64,000 bases of DNA, from NCBI GenBank assembly GCA_951406725.2, contig OX597827.1, forward strand, positions 52,328,001 through 52,392,000. The letters are read 5' to 3'. The position numbers were made by a program, and so were the translations under genes. The DNA comes from Octopus vulgaris (lineage: Eukaryota). Positions 1-13,109 of this stretch are shown here, piece after piece; the stretch's first letter is position 1; each line of letters starts with the position of its first letter. The notes beneath the pieces were generated by a model, which made no database searches, was not told where the DNA came from, and saw only the letters and a program-made list of their open reading frames with translations.

Positions 1-1830
1 CTACATTGCATCCTGTGTGAGAGGCCCTTAGTTGTCAGCAGAGGTAAGAACTCCCTGAACTTTGCCCAAGCTATTCTTGTTCTAGCCACTACATTCTCAG
101 AGCAACCACCCCCACTACAGACTTCGTCGCCTAGGTAGCAGAAGCTATTAACTACTTCTAGTTTTTACCCCTGGCATGTGATGGAATCTGTTTTCTGTAT
201 ATCTTCAGTGTTTATTGCCCCTATGCATCTGCCACACACAAAAACTATCTTCCTGGTTAACCTTCCTTTGATATTGCTGCACCCTTTATGTCTCCATAGC
301 TTACACCAGGCACATCGTATGGAGTTTCTACCTATGCCTTTTCTACAGATCGGGCAGGGCCATCTACCTGAAGGGATTTGTGATTTGTCAGCCTTCCTAC
401 TTACTAAGACTTTGGATTTTTACTAGGTTAACCCTAAGACCCTTCTAGAACTTGCTTCCACACCTTAAACTTCATCTCTAGTTCTGGTAGTGACTTGGCT
501 ATTAGAGCAAAGTCATCAGCATAGAGGAACTTCCAGGAGCATCCTGTCTTGAATTCCTCTGATATTGCCTGGAGGACTATAATGAATAAGAGGAGGACTG
601 ATCCTTGGTGAAACCCTACTTCTACCCGGAATTCTTCACTATACTCGTTGCCAACCCTCACCTTACTGATAGTATCCCTGTACAGGGCTTGTACAGCTCT
701 TACCAACCATTCGTCTATCCCCAATTTCCGCATTGACCACCAGATAAGGGACCAGGTGACTCTATCAAAGGCTTTCTCCAAGTCAATAAAAGCCAAGTAC
801 AGAAGTTTATCTTTGGCTAGATATTTCTCCTGCAGTTGCCATACCAGAAATATAGCATCAGTGGTGCTTCTGCCTAGCACAAAACCAAACTGCAGCTCAT
901 TTAAGCTATCTCTCTCCCTAATTAGTTGGGCTATGACTCTCTCCGTAATTTTCATCACCTGATCCAATAATTTGATACCAATTGTAGTTATTTCTATCTA
1001 AAGCATTACTTTACCTTTGTAGCAGTTGGCTATGGTGCTGCTACACCAGTCATTGGGTATGACTCCTTCACAAACTACCTGATTTACAAGGCAGATGACA
1101 AGACCATAACCCACATCACCTGATATTTTAAGCATCTCAACAGTGATTCCTGATAGGCCAGGTGCTTTCCTTGTCTTCATATCCTTAATTGCTTTATCTA
1201 CCAGGGTACTGTCGATTCGGGTAGCTGGTCCCTCAATTGAGTCACTGTTTGGAAGACTCTCCTCCTCCTGTTTGTTCTCCACATTCAGCAGTCTTTCTTT
1301 GCAGAACCATTAAACGCAAGGGCACCATCATCCATGCAGACACATTTCTTTCCTATGACATCATGGTTCTCTCTCACTCACTGTCTTGCAATCTGAAATA
1401 TTTCAGTTCTTTGGTCCTCACATCGCTGAACATTGGCAAACTTCTTTCCTGCTACTCCCTTGGCTGTATGCACCTGTCACCTAGCTTCCCTTTTGGCTAG
1501 CTGATACAGCCTCCTGCTACACTCACTCCTCCAGGCCTGTTTCTTTGCTCTAATGGCCCTGTATTGTTCCACCACCATATTACCCTAGGTCTGGAAGGGA
1601 CTTTACACCAACCACAGATTTGGTTTGTGGCACTCAGCAAGCTGTTTCGCAGGATTCCCAGCTGCCTTCTATGTCACAGGACTTTAGCTCCTCCTCCCTA
1701 TCATCAAATTATCCCTAAATCTCTGACTATGTGAAGGGTTCTTAAACTTCCAAGTCCTTTTCCAGATTGGTCTGCTTTTTGGTTTCCTTCTGTCCTTGAG
1801 TCTAAAGTCACTAATAACTACTCTTGCTGG
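1..1830 (-). mobile_element. RTE-clade LINE fragment (RT region), disrupted
   Basis: ORFs 434-967 and 998-1282: QFGFVLGRSTTDAIF, FIDLEKAFD, GFHQGSVL, LYADD; stops and frameshifts. Confidence 0.92.
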
Positions 1831-1964
1831 GGTGGTAGGTGGGGTGCACCACAGATCCACACACTCGCGACTGTGCCTGGAACAGCATTATATTTTTAAT
1901 CTACGAACAACTATCCCCTTCGGACTAAACACAACCCCCTCCTCCTAATGACTGTCTCTGCAAC

Positions 1965-2765
1965 ATAGCAACACATACATGCACATACACACACAACTAC
2001 ATGCATACATGCATGCACGCACATACATACACACAGGAATGCACACATACCTAACCCACACAACCCCACGCACACACAGACACACACCTATATACACACA
2101 TGCACACATAAACACACACATGTACACAACCACATATACATACACATCCATGCGCATACATGCAACAAAATGCACACATAACTCAACACATCCCATTCAC
2201 ACAGACATATACCTGCACACACATACATACACACACTCACACATGTATGCACACATACCTCCCACACACACAACACATTCATACAGACACACAATTACAC
2301 ACACATGGACATAGACACATGCATGTACACACATAAGCACATGCACACACAGGAATGCACATATACCCCCACACAACCCCATGCACACAAACTCACATAT
2401 ATACATACACACACACACAATATATACGTACATGCACACATACATACTCATACACACACATACATGCGCACACACGCGTACACGAATGCACACATACCTA
2501 ACACTCACAACCCCACGTATACACACCTGCATACGCACACATATACATGCACACACAACTACATACACATACATACACGCATACGCAAATGAACCCACAC
2601 ATACCTCCCATACACACGCAACACACTCATACATACACGCACACAATTATATATACATGGACACACACATACAAGCACACACACACAAATGTACATTTAT
2701 TTACTCCACAAACACAATCCCACGCACTGCTTCATGCATACGCACATACCCACACATACACATAT
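1965..2765. repeat. Degenerate (CA/TA)n compound repeat with a higher-order unit
   Basis: Recurrent units such as gaatgcacacatacctaac-cacaaccccacg and catacctccca-acacac-caacaca-tcataca. Confidence 0.85.
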
Positions 2766-2834
2766 ACCTCCTTCTCTTGCACTCACCTGCCTTAGAAAGA
2801 ACTTTTTCTTGACCCATTCCCTTCCGGTCATTTC

Positions 2835-3095
2835 AATATGTGACCACGTGTGTATCATTGGTGATTTTCTTTCTCTGTCTTCTCTTCTTTGAACTTTTCT
2901 ATATTTCTGATGAATAGCTCTGCTCAAAACATGAAATCCTCTTTCTTTTCTTTCCTTTCCCGAGCATCCAATAACACTGTACATGTACCACATCTTCACG
3001 TTTTTTCTTGGTTCTTGTTTGGATTGACGGATGTTTTGTTGTCCCTTTTTGTATCACTTAGATGTCTAGATGTTTTGCGTTCTTATCCCATTTTG
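2835..3095 (+). mobile_element. Penelope-like terminal repeat fragment with decayed hammerhead core
   Basis: Homologous to 34636-34830 (gtgaccac/tgtgtgta...tttctgatgaa...gagc-tccaataacact); CTGATGA at 2907-2913. Confidence 0.55.
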
Positions 3096-3099
3096 TATT

Positions 3100-3140
<41 letters not shown>

Positions 3141-3240
3141 TTAAAATGAGTGTGAGAAATTAGATATTAATTTAATTAACATCAATTTCACACCAGTGGT
3201 CTTGCATATAAAAAAACTGAAGGTTCAGTAAAATTGTATT

Positions 3241-3400
3241 ATATACATATTAGAGGGAAACCACTATGTGGACACCCTTATGCTAGAAATAAATCTGCTA
3301 TGGTCTTACCACTTGAGAACATTTCTTAGTGGTAATAACATAGCGGATCTATTTCTAGCATAAGGGTGTCCACAAACTGGTTTCCCTCTAATATGTATAT
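3241..3400. repeat. Long imperfect inverted repeat (foldback/MITE-like)
   Basis: atatacatattagagggaaacca..tgtggacacccttatgctagaaata..accact pairs with agtggt..tatttctagcataagggtgtccaca..tggtttccctctaatatgtatat. Confidence 0.9.
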
Positions 3401-3574
3401 GTATATATATATGTGTGTGTATATACATGAATATGTGTATATATCTATATGTGTGTGTGTATGTATATATGTATGTGTGTGTATGTATGTATATATATAT
3501 ATGAATGTGTGTGTATGTATATGTGTGTGTGTGTGTATAGAGAGAGATAGAGAGGAGCGTGAGGAGACACCCCT

Positions 3575-3898
3575 TCAGTCATGAATGACCATGGGATTGC
3601 ACCTAGAAAGTTACCCTCTGAGGCACAAGTATGGGCAAGGTTGTTTGTGGAAGGCCAATACTTGGCCATGCATACCAACTTCCCCTCTCCACACCACTGA
3701 TGTTATCCAAAGTAAAGTCAAAGGCCGATACAGCTTGGCATCAGTGATATCACAACTCATTTCTACAGCTGAGTTAACTGGAGCAATGTGAAATAAAGTG
3801 TCTTGCTCAAGAACACAACATGCAGCCCAATCCGAGAATAGAACTCATGACCTCACGGTCGTAAGCTCAATGTTCTAACCACTGAGCCATGCACCTTC
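3575..3898 (-). mobile_element. tRNA-derived SINE
   Basis: Minus strand A box tggctcagtgg, B-box-like gagttctattc, then cttgagcaagacactttatttcacattgctcca, shared with 26985-27300. Confidence 0.8.
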
Positions 3899-3909
3899 AC
3901 ATATATACT

Positions 3910-3959
<50 letters not shown>

Positions 3960-4374
3960 TGTGTGTGCGTGTATATATATAGGTGTGTGTGCGTGTATAT
4001 ATATAGGTGTGTGTGCGTGTATATATATATGTATGAATACGTGTGCATGTATATATATATATGAATATGTGTGTGTATATATATATCTGTTCGTTGCTAT
4101 TTCTGCTTATCCTTGGATCTATGCCTATTCATGTCTATCTGTTTATCTTTCTATAAAACTCTGTTTATTTTAGAATTTTCCTATAACTTTTACTCATTTA
4201 TACTGTTTTTGTATATTTTTTCGTTTTTTCATATTTTTCTTTACCTTTCTACTTCTTTTAATTCTAATGATCTTTATGATTACTTCTATTTATCAAAAGT
4301 ACCCAATGTCTACACTGTTCACCTCTTTTAGCCTGTTTTCTTACTTCTTTTCATTGATTTCGTTCTTCTGGCAG

Positions 4375-4449
4375 AACATTCCTAGAGAGATGGTGTCAGA
4401 CAATGTGGTGCTTTGGACTGACGCAAGTCATGTGGAGTATCTTCCTGTG
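4375..4449 (+). CDS. CPEB4: Candidate 75-nt phase 0-0 exon of the CPEB gene (NIPREMVSDNVVLWTDASHVEYLPV)
   Basis: Long pyrimidine tract ending ttcttctggcag, 25 open codons, perfect gtaagt donor; phase 0 matches the next exon (6899). Peptide not recognised from vertebrate CPEBs. Confidence 0.7.
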
Positions 4450-6898
4450 GTAAGTAAATTTATTGCACAGTGGAAAAAGATAAATATTTATTAGCTATGA
4501 GTATGTAACTTTTACTAAAAAGTAGCAATTATTAAAGTCTACATCATTTAGAAAATTTTTTTAAATTTCAACTTTAATATATTTTTATCAAAATGTGGTT
4601 TACAGGAATTTTTATTATTGAAGATTTTAACTGCACAATTCTATCAGAAAACTAATTTTATTTCACCTCATGATTGCATTTTTTAATACACTGTGAGATA
4701 GGTTTTCAAGCATCTTTCTCCTCTCTCTCTCCTTTATCTATTGCTTCTATTCCAATTAGTTTTTCTCTTTCTCTATCCTTATAACATTTTCTCTCTCACT
4801 CCTATCCTCATCACTTCAATTTTTCAACATCCTTTTCTCTTGTTATTTCACTTAATACTTTCACTTAATACTCTCTTGTGCCTCTCATTTAATTGTTTTT
4901 CATTAAAAATTTTTAATTCTTTGAGACACTGAAAATATTCATGAGAATTTTTTACAGTATATCTCTTATATCAAAATTACACAGAAATTTTTCATTCTGT
5001 TTTTTTGTTATGCACAAATTTAACATATTGATGACAATACAGGTAACCAATGTGCCACTCTACAAGGTTCAGACTAGAATGATGACAATGGTGGGTAAAC
5101 AGGGTAATCATAGAACTCAATTCTCCTTTTCAGTAGAATTCCATGTTTTAGTTGCACTTGAGGGTCTTTCTGGTATAACTGATACTTCTGCTTTGAAGTG
5201 TGTGAACTGAAATAAGTGATCATCTAGGGCAAGAAACTGTTATGTTACATTTACAGTAAAACTGACCACCTCAGAGCTTTCTGCTTCACAGTGGAGCAGA
5301 GGAGAGCCGTTCTTCACTACTGCTGTTGAATATCCAACTGCTGCAATCACAACAGCAGTGGCAGTCATGCTTACAGTTACAAAAACAACTTCTACTGCAG
5401 ATAAACATAATGGAGCTCATAATGAAGTCTCCCATTCAGCAAGAAAATGCAGTCATAGCGTCAATGGCGTTGGTTGCTTGAATGAGAGCGAGAGAGATAC
5501 CAAAAAAAATGGCAGAGATCAATCTACAAAGAAGAGAGGTGAGACGGGCAGGTGAGAACAAATGATCTGACTCTACAAACTCAAAGGCACCAGCCAACAC
5601 CAAGATCAATGAATTCCAAAAGGAGCATGGGCAAACATACAAACTATCCACAGAAACCATGACAAAAAGAGCCACAACAACAGCAGAAAAGGAGCTACAC
5701 GCACAACAAGAGACATGACAAGCAGCAGGATTAAAAGTAGAAATAGCAACTTTGCACAGACAAACTCCTCAACTACACCATTTTCTAAAAGGGCTGCAAG
5801 AAGTTGAAATTTGTATACACAAACAAGGACAAAATATTTACTACAGCTGAAGGCATTGATGCATTTTCCACCCTAAATACACAAAAAGTCACTTCTGGTA
5901 AGAAGCATATTAGTAGTGTCCCATCCCCATGGTAAAACTTTTACTAGGTGATATGAGAGCTTCTCAGTATCTTGGTCAAGAGGGTGTGGGGAGGTCTATC
6001 TTGAAAAAAATTACCTCTAGACCAAAGTGACTCTTTCAACTTTTTTTTGGTGAGGGTGGGTGTCTTCTCTTAACATTAAAATGGGCTGTATAAATTCCTG
6101 TGGCTTAGGGTTGGTGTATAAACAGAAACACCAGCTCAATAATTTCAGTCATTGTATCTAGATGTGGTAGCCATCAGCAAGACCAGAGTATCTGGTATGT
6201 ACTTGCTTACCCTGATTGACTTCAGCTGTACAGCTTATACCTCTTTCTGTTTAACCCAAGTTAACAGGAGTTGGTTATAGAGATGACAAATTTGTGATAT
6301 GAATAGTCAACTTAGAGCAAGCCAATAAACAGAGAATCAGTTACTGGATGCTGAAAATGTCTTATTTGCCCTCTGCTACCTATCCCTGCAGCTCAAAAAG
6401 AACCATGCAGACTTTAGTGGTATTAAAAGAAACTAAGTGAAGAAGTGGAAAACTGCTACTTGGTCACTGTGTTTATTCTGAAGAAATGACAGGACAAAAA
6501 GATGCATCTATCAGCAATGGTGCAATAAACCTATGATCAAAGGTGTTCAGTTGCTTTCGTCTTTTTTTAAAGCATAAAGTACCCAAGACTACATTATGTC
6601 TCATTTCTCAATATAGGTTAGTGTTGTTTGAAGGACCTATTTTTAGTAGGTCAAGCTTCTAAGTTGAGGCTGTCTTGCCGGCTCATATTTTACTTTAATG
6701 ATAGAAATGTTTGATAGGTTTGGGCTGTAGATCATCCCAAATGGAAAGATTTGATACTGTCATCATATTGTAGCTTGGTTAAGAAATGATGATCCTTGAA
6801 AGTTTGTTTGAATGTATTCTATTTAAATAAAGACTATATTTGTGAATCCCAGTACACACATCACAGAGAAGATAAATTTCAATAAACTTTACTTTCAG

Positions 6899-6998
6899 GA
6901 CCGAGGAAATAATTTTGACAGCATGCGCTTCACAGGTTTAGAGAGCCGGCTGTTGGATTTAATGAGGAGTAACACTGAGTCTCATGAGCACTACAAAG
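6899..6998 (+). CDS. CPEB4: CPEB exon, conserved pre-RRM block (DRGNNFDSMRFTGLESRLLDLMRSNTESHEHYK), phase 0-1
   Basis: actttcag acceptor, gtgagt donor, 100 nt; resembles the vertebrate CPEB2-4 block DRSRxxDxxxxHSLExSLxDxMRxxxxxLKG. Confidence 0.9.
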
Positions 6999-8567
6999 GT
7001 GAGTCTATTATGTTTGTCCTGTTTCTCCTTTAAGTATCATTATACACCATATTACCATTTTTAGAAATTTCTAAGCAGTTTTGCCAAATTTCTCACAGCA
7101 CAGCATGTTATTTACTCTAGAATTTAAGAGCTAAAGTGAACAATATTATATTATTTATATGGGTGGTAATTGTATTAGTGATGTTGGTGATATTGGTTTG
7201 AGGCTATATATTGTTGTTATTGTGTACCTTGGTTAGTCCTAATCAAACAGTACTAATAGCATGCAGAAAGTCATCCAAATGACAAGGTACGACTCAAACA
7301 TCTATCTTCCCAGTTAGATTGTATATCTGTCAGTTGAGGAATGTACTGCACATTGTAACATTCAGTGATGAATTGCATGGGGTGCAGCATGATATCTTAT
7401 CTCTTATTATAAAAGGCAGATTTTATCTGCCTCCCTTTGGGAGTTATACAAATCTACAATATAGGATTTCTTTAATTACAATTTACCTTGCATTTTTAAG
7501 AGTACAATGCATTGCGTCATGCCAGGTCCAGTTTTTAAAATTTAAACTTCAATTAAGCAAAATTTACAGAAAACTCACATTCTTGTGTGTGTGTCAAATG
7601 CTTTTCTTAGTCTGGTTTACACCACACGCAAACGCACACACACAGTGGGCAACGAATAAAATGAAAGTAAATAGCGACAGAGTGATTTGAGGAAGCCTAA
7701 ACTGAAAGTAATTAAACCACTACTCAAAAAATAAAAAAACACAGCAAACAGAAACAAATAAATACATAACCATTTAGTCCTCACACAATTTCTTCAATTA
7801 GAATTTACCTAAGATTTTTCAAAGTACTCCATTCGCTCATGCCATAATATATTTCTTTCAATTTCACCCCCAATTAAGACAAAATTCGAGAAAACTCAAT
7901 ATTTTAACATATCACTCCGAAAGCATTGATGTACATGTGTGCTTGCGAGTGTGTGTGTGTCATTCCTCACACACACGCATACACATACATATACAACTAC
8001 ATACAACTACATACACATACAACTACATACAAACACGTGTGTGTTTGTTATTAGTAAAAAAGGCGCAAAAACACAACTCACTTATCATTCCAACACATTT
8101 GCAAAGACACACGGAGGACAGAAAAGGTAAATTGGTTTTTATTTTACTCTGTATATATTTTATTATATAATATTATATATAGATATATGTATACATAATT
8201 GCAGTATGAAACAGTGTTTATGTATAAACAGACGACACTTATATATAGTTACCAAGCCGCCCGAATTTACCTATTCATATTTAAATGAGAATATCAGAGC
8301 AAATCTCTTTAGTACATTCGTGAAAACACGTATTATACTTCGTAAACACTTCAACTACAGTTTTGTACAAAAATCGAAGTGTAATTTTAATTCCGTGAAT
8401 TATGGGAGATTTTTTTCCGAAATTTGTTCCTATTGTCTTTTCAAAATTTGTAATTCTGACAAAAAATGGATACGAATTTCATTATATCAAGCAGCGAGTC
8501 AGAATTCGAAGGATTTTCTACTGAAGACCTTCATAAATCTAACTCTATGACTGAAAAAAAAAAAGCA

Positions 8568-8950
8568 TCTTTATATAAGAGTGAAGTTGTGTGTCTGTCT
8601 CCTACGATTTCGATTCCTAACTACTCCCACATTTTGCGGTGCAGTTTAACCAAAAGCGGGTATCTTATAGTCGTGATTCATATCGAGCCCTTCTGGGTAT
8701 TAGCGTGCGTCTACGATGAGTCTACGATTTAAAAAAAATTTACCATCATATTTTTCCATTTTAATGCATTTTTTTCGCTTTTATATAAGGGAAGTAACTC
8801 TCTAAAAATATCTACGATGTGTCAACGATTTAAAAAATATTTACCTTAATTTTTTTTCAATTTTTAATGCATTTTTTGGCTATAACTCTCTAAAAATGCT
8901 TATATAGTTATTTCCCTTACAACCCGAGCAACGCCGGGCGATACTGCTAG
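8568..8950 (+). mobile_element. Non-autonomous Helitron, apparently intact
   Basis: 5' TC, 3' CTAG, inserted between A and T without TSD, subterminal hairpin CCCGAGC-AAC-GCCGGG (8923-8938), CpG-rich. Confidence 0.88.
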
Positions 8951-8959
8951 TATTTATTA

Positions 8960-11330
8960 CACTCTTCCCACTATACCCCATGATTCTGGTACTGGCTAAA
9001 GTAGAGGCAGGCAAAGTGAAATCAGAGTGTGGTAGTTACTGTTCCTCTGCATTTATGGTTGTTGATGGCATTCCAGAAGTGTTTGGGGCTAGTGAGGCTA
9101 TTTGTATTGCTCTTATTTCTTTGTGTGTGTGTATTCTTTATGCTTGTCAACACAGAATTGGAGAGATATGTTTATAAAATATTGTAGTACCTTGAAGTAA
9201 TGTATAATCTGAGTGTTTGAAGTTGTTTTTTTTTTTAATAATGACAGAGACTGTAGTAGAGACTTAGAGCTTGCTACTGCAACAAACTATACTCTTCACA
9301 TGATCTGGTGGTCTTTCGTTTTTAGTGTTTTTGTTTTGTTGTGAATGTGATCAACTTTTTATGATGTGAATTGCACTGTTTTTTGTTCTTTGTAGAAGTC
9401 ATTTTGCTTTCTTTACAGTGCCTTCTTTTCGAATTGTAAATATTGTAGACGATCTCTTTATGATGGTTGATTATATTTGATGTTTTCTCATGTTAATGTG
9501 ATAGGAGATTGTGGTAGATGCTATATTAAATCTTGTTGTGGAGCCAGGTTTCAAGGTGATTTAAGTAGAGTTGGCACAGTTCTGCAGCAGTGTCTGGAAA
9601 ATGGTAGGAGAAAGTGAGTTTGATGTCATCTCTGTAGGCGGTTGTCTGTGTGTTTTGTGGAGATGTGGGGCAGTTGTGTTTGTGTAGGTTAAAAATAAGT
9701 GGATGTGAGGACAGGTCCCTGTCTTACCCTATTTGGGAAATTGCAAGTTTTGGAAGTATTGTCCTTGTCCACTGCATAGGTTTGGTGACATGGCAGGTAG
9801 TTTGTTAGCCAGCATTTTGTTATTCCTTAAGGTGGTGATAGATCTTTTTGCATGAGTGGATAACAAAGAATAGAGTTGAAAGCTTTGCTGATGTTAATAG
9901 TTGTTAGAATGATATGTGTAGATAGCATTTTTTATTGTTGAAACCATCAGGTATTTCTATACAAGGTTTGTGAGTAGTGTAGTGGTTGACTAGAGTGATC
10001 TGAATTCGTTAGGTCAGTCTTTCTAGAATTTTTGAGTGTTTGTACAGGAAGATGATGGGCCTGCACGATGGTACTTCTCTTGGATGAAGAATTGGGCTTT
10101 AGATTTGTTACAATATTGCCCCTCTAGATTCAGTTAGTATCAGTTGTAGTTGCTGTTTAACTCCAGGTCAGCCCTGATTGGGCAAATCCATGATCGAAGA
10201 CATTCAATCTGTGACCATCCCATCTTTTGCCTATGTACAGGGAACAACCTTAGAAATGTGTCCATTTCTAAGATGGTGAGGTTTGATTGAGGAAGAAATT
10301 AGCTTCTATTTTTAGTATGTTGAGCAATTATGAGGAACTCCTTTATTAGCTCATGATATGAGTAGTTGTAAGTGTTGGTAAATGCTGTGATTCTTTCCGG
10401 CTCTAGGCACTTGAAGTATAGATTTGTGATTTCATCTAATCCTGAAACTTTTCAGTTTTTAAATTTCCCTCCTACTTTTGTGTGTGTAACATGCATATTT
10501 TTCATATTGTGATTTAATTTTCTTTTGGTGTCTGTTTTTGGTGGCTAATGTTCAAGAAATGTCTGAGAATGGTGTTAGTTAAGTGTTTCAGTATGAGTAT
10601 ATTGAGATTATTGTTATGACATGGGGGTGTGGTGTGATAATGGTTGTTGTTGATAATTATTCTGTGTGGTATTTTATTCTTAGTTTTATGGTTTTGTCTT
10701 AGATACAAAAATATGCCAGTTTTCTGCCTTTCTACAGATTAATTTTTTATTTCCTTGCTTAGCACTGTTTGATGTTGAGTTTATTCAATTGTGTATTGTT
10801 TTTATGTAACAGGTTGTCATTTTTGGTGTGTAATTGGCATATTTTTATATGTTATCTCAGTGGGATATGGTTTTTAATTTGTCTTTTATTATTTAGTTAA
10901 ATACATTGTTATGTCTATGTTGGTAATTTTGGTATTGTTGAAATTTGGAAACCTAGATTTTGTTTTGTTGAATTCCATGGTACTTTCTTGAAACTAAGTG
11001 TTTTTGCTTTCTTCATGGATGTGTGAGTGTATTGTGATAATATTTAATAGGCTGTCTCTAAAAAAAAACTTGGAAAATTGTTTAAGTGGTTGTGATGGAT
11101 AGGAGTATGGAGAAGAGTTGTAGTTGAATTGGTTGATGTATGCACATGCATTGGTTGTGCACTTTTTAGGATATAAAGGAAATTTAATTGTTACTTCTTT
11201 TGTTATCTCTACAATTGGAAAACCAGGATGTATTAAGTGCATTGACATCTCCCCTAGTGATAGTATTTTTGAGTATATTGAAGTGTTGTAGTTAAGGTCT
11301 ATCTGAATGACTGTAAGATACGTGTATGTG
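8960..11330 (-). mobile_element. Old non-LTR retrotransposon (LINE RT remnant)
   Basis: Minus strand motifs in correct order: RPIIFLYKHSKILERL (~10016-10063), INISKAFNS (~9871-9897), VRQGPVL (~9710-9730), YRDDI (~9622-9636). Confidence 0.75.
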
Positions 11331-11919
11331 TGTGTATTCATATTACTAGTTTTAACGTATTCATATTGTTAGTTTCGATTTTGAATGCCTGTATTGTATA
11401 TCACTTCCTATTTATGAATATCATTTGTGATATCTACATATTGAATGCAAGTTTTTGTACAATAAGGCCACTCTCATTCTATAAGGGTTTGTCTTGTCTG
11501 ACTTAAATAGAATTTGAAATGGTGAGTATGTTCTCTGGAAGTAAGACTTTTACTTTTACATCCATTTTTCCATGCTATCATGGCTTACACAAGATTTAGT
11601 GAGGATTTTTCTCCAGTCTTGGATGCTTTTCTTGTGATCAATCTTTACTTCTTTTTCAAATAATGTAATCTTTCATTGCACTGCTTTTCACACATCAGAA
11701 TAAAATGAGCTATGGGACTTTTGTTTACTGTAGTATATAAACAATATCAACTGTTTTACTTTCACTATCTCAATGAAAACAAGTAGAATCAACATTCACA
11801 CATGCACACTAATGTATATGTATGTAGTATGTATGGATTGCACATATATATGATGTGCTTCTTCACTTTCTGGGTACCAATTTCATTCACAAGGTTATAG
11901 TTGAAGAAAGTGTACTTTC

Positions 11920-12860
11920 CATCAAAAGTGATGCATTTGTGCCATTACGGAAACCATCTTTTGAATCCTGTTTTAATAAATTCAGGTGTGCACTATTGTA
12001 TCCCTTCCTTCACTGTGAATTTCACCTTATCTTTGTTATCAAATTATTCTCCCTGAATATTGTCCTTCATTGAACTGAGCAAGTGGAAGTGAGAGGACAC
12101 TAAATCAGAATTGTAGAGTGAATGGGGGAACCACTGACATACCTAATTTACTGATTGCCTGATTTGTTGCCAAGGATGTATGTGGTTACGCATTATCATG
12201 GTGAATGGGAATCATTTTCAAATTCTTATTTAGTTTTCTCTCTAACGGTTACTTCAAACTTTTTTACTGTCTCAGTGTACTACTCACTGTTCATGGTATA
12301 ACTATATTCCAGAAAATCAAGGTGAATGGTGCTTTTGTCATACCAAACTACAATCAACATTAATTTCTCTGCCCATTTGTGGCTCTAGAACTTATTAAGC
12401 CTTGGAGGTGTGATGCCATTCTATGGACAGAGTCTTTGTTTCCAAATCAGAAAGATATACCCACATTTCATCTACTGTTACCCAACTGGAAAGAAATGTG
12501 TCTTCACACTTCCATCATTCTCCCCTTCAGATCAAGTTTCAATTGCCAAGGTATCCGCTTAGCATGCATATACCAGTACCCAAAATCTTCTGCCATCCTC
12601 TGTTATGCTTCATCACCAAAGTCCAGTTGAGCAACAAGATAACACATTGTAACTTGTCTGTCACTGGCAGTTCAAGTCAGATATCACAATTGATGGGCTC
12701 CAACTGTGTGATTTGTCTTCAATGTTTTTTAATTCTTTCTTCTTTAAACTTTTTCATCCATCTGTGCCTATTCCTCTTATCAATAATACCATATCCATAA
12801 ACAAGCAGTATCTTTCTGAGAATCTTAGACAGCTTACTTCTGTTTGGAACAAATTATTTG
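11920..12860 (-). mobile_element. Decayed mariner transposase
   Basis: Minus strand GDEA (~12605), IHHDNA*PH (~12180-12206), PHSLYNSDLVSSHF (~12085-12128), matching GDE(T/K)W, HDNARPH and HPPYSPDLAPSDF. Confidence 0.75.
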
Positions 12861-12921
12861 CTTGCATTGAAGAAGCATGGGAAGAGTTACTTTACCAATT
12901 GGAAAGAATTATAAATATATA

Positions 12922-13109
12922 TATCTGTAATATAATATGTGACAATTATTCGGTTGTCATTATAATACTCCGAGTTTCGGATGTTGGGGCAGAAAACTGT
13001 TCCAGCATCTCGTCAGTTATCGAAAATACCTTTTCTGATTGCCCCAACATCCGAAACTCGGAGTATTATAATGGCAACCAAATAATTGTCATATATTATA
13101 TTACAGATA
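12922..13109. repeat. Inverted repeat, 70-bp arms with 48-nt spacer
   Basis: 12922-12991 is the reverse complement of 13040-13109 with three differences. Confidence 0.95.

Noticed and set aside
1945-2812. Many His/Thr- and Cys/Val-rich ORFs
   Set aside because: Translations of CA/TG repeats; the same applies to the YI-repeat ORFs at 3889, 41000-42300 and 49900-56600.
5280-5900. Purine-rich, coding-looking stretch between two CPEB exons
   Set aside because: Stops and frameshifts, no convincing splice sites; probably an old repeat fragment.
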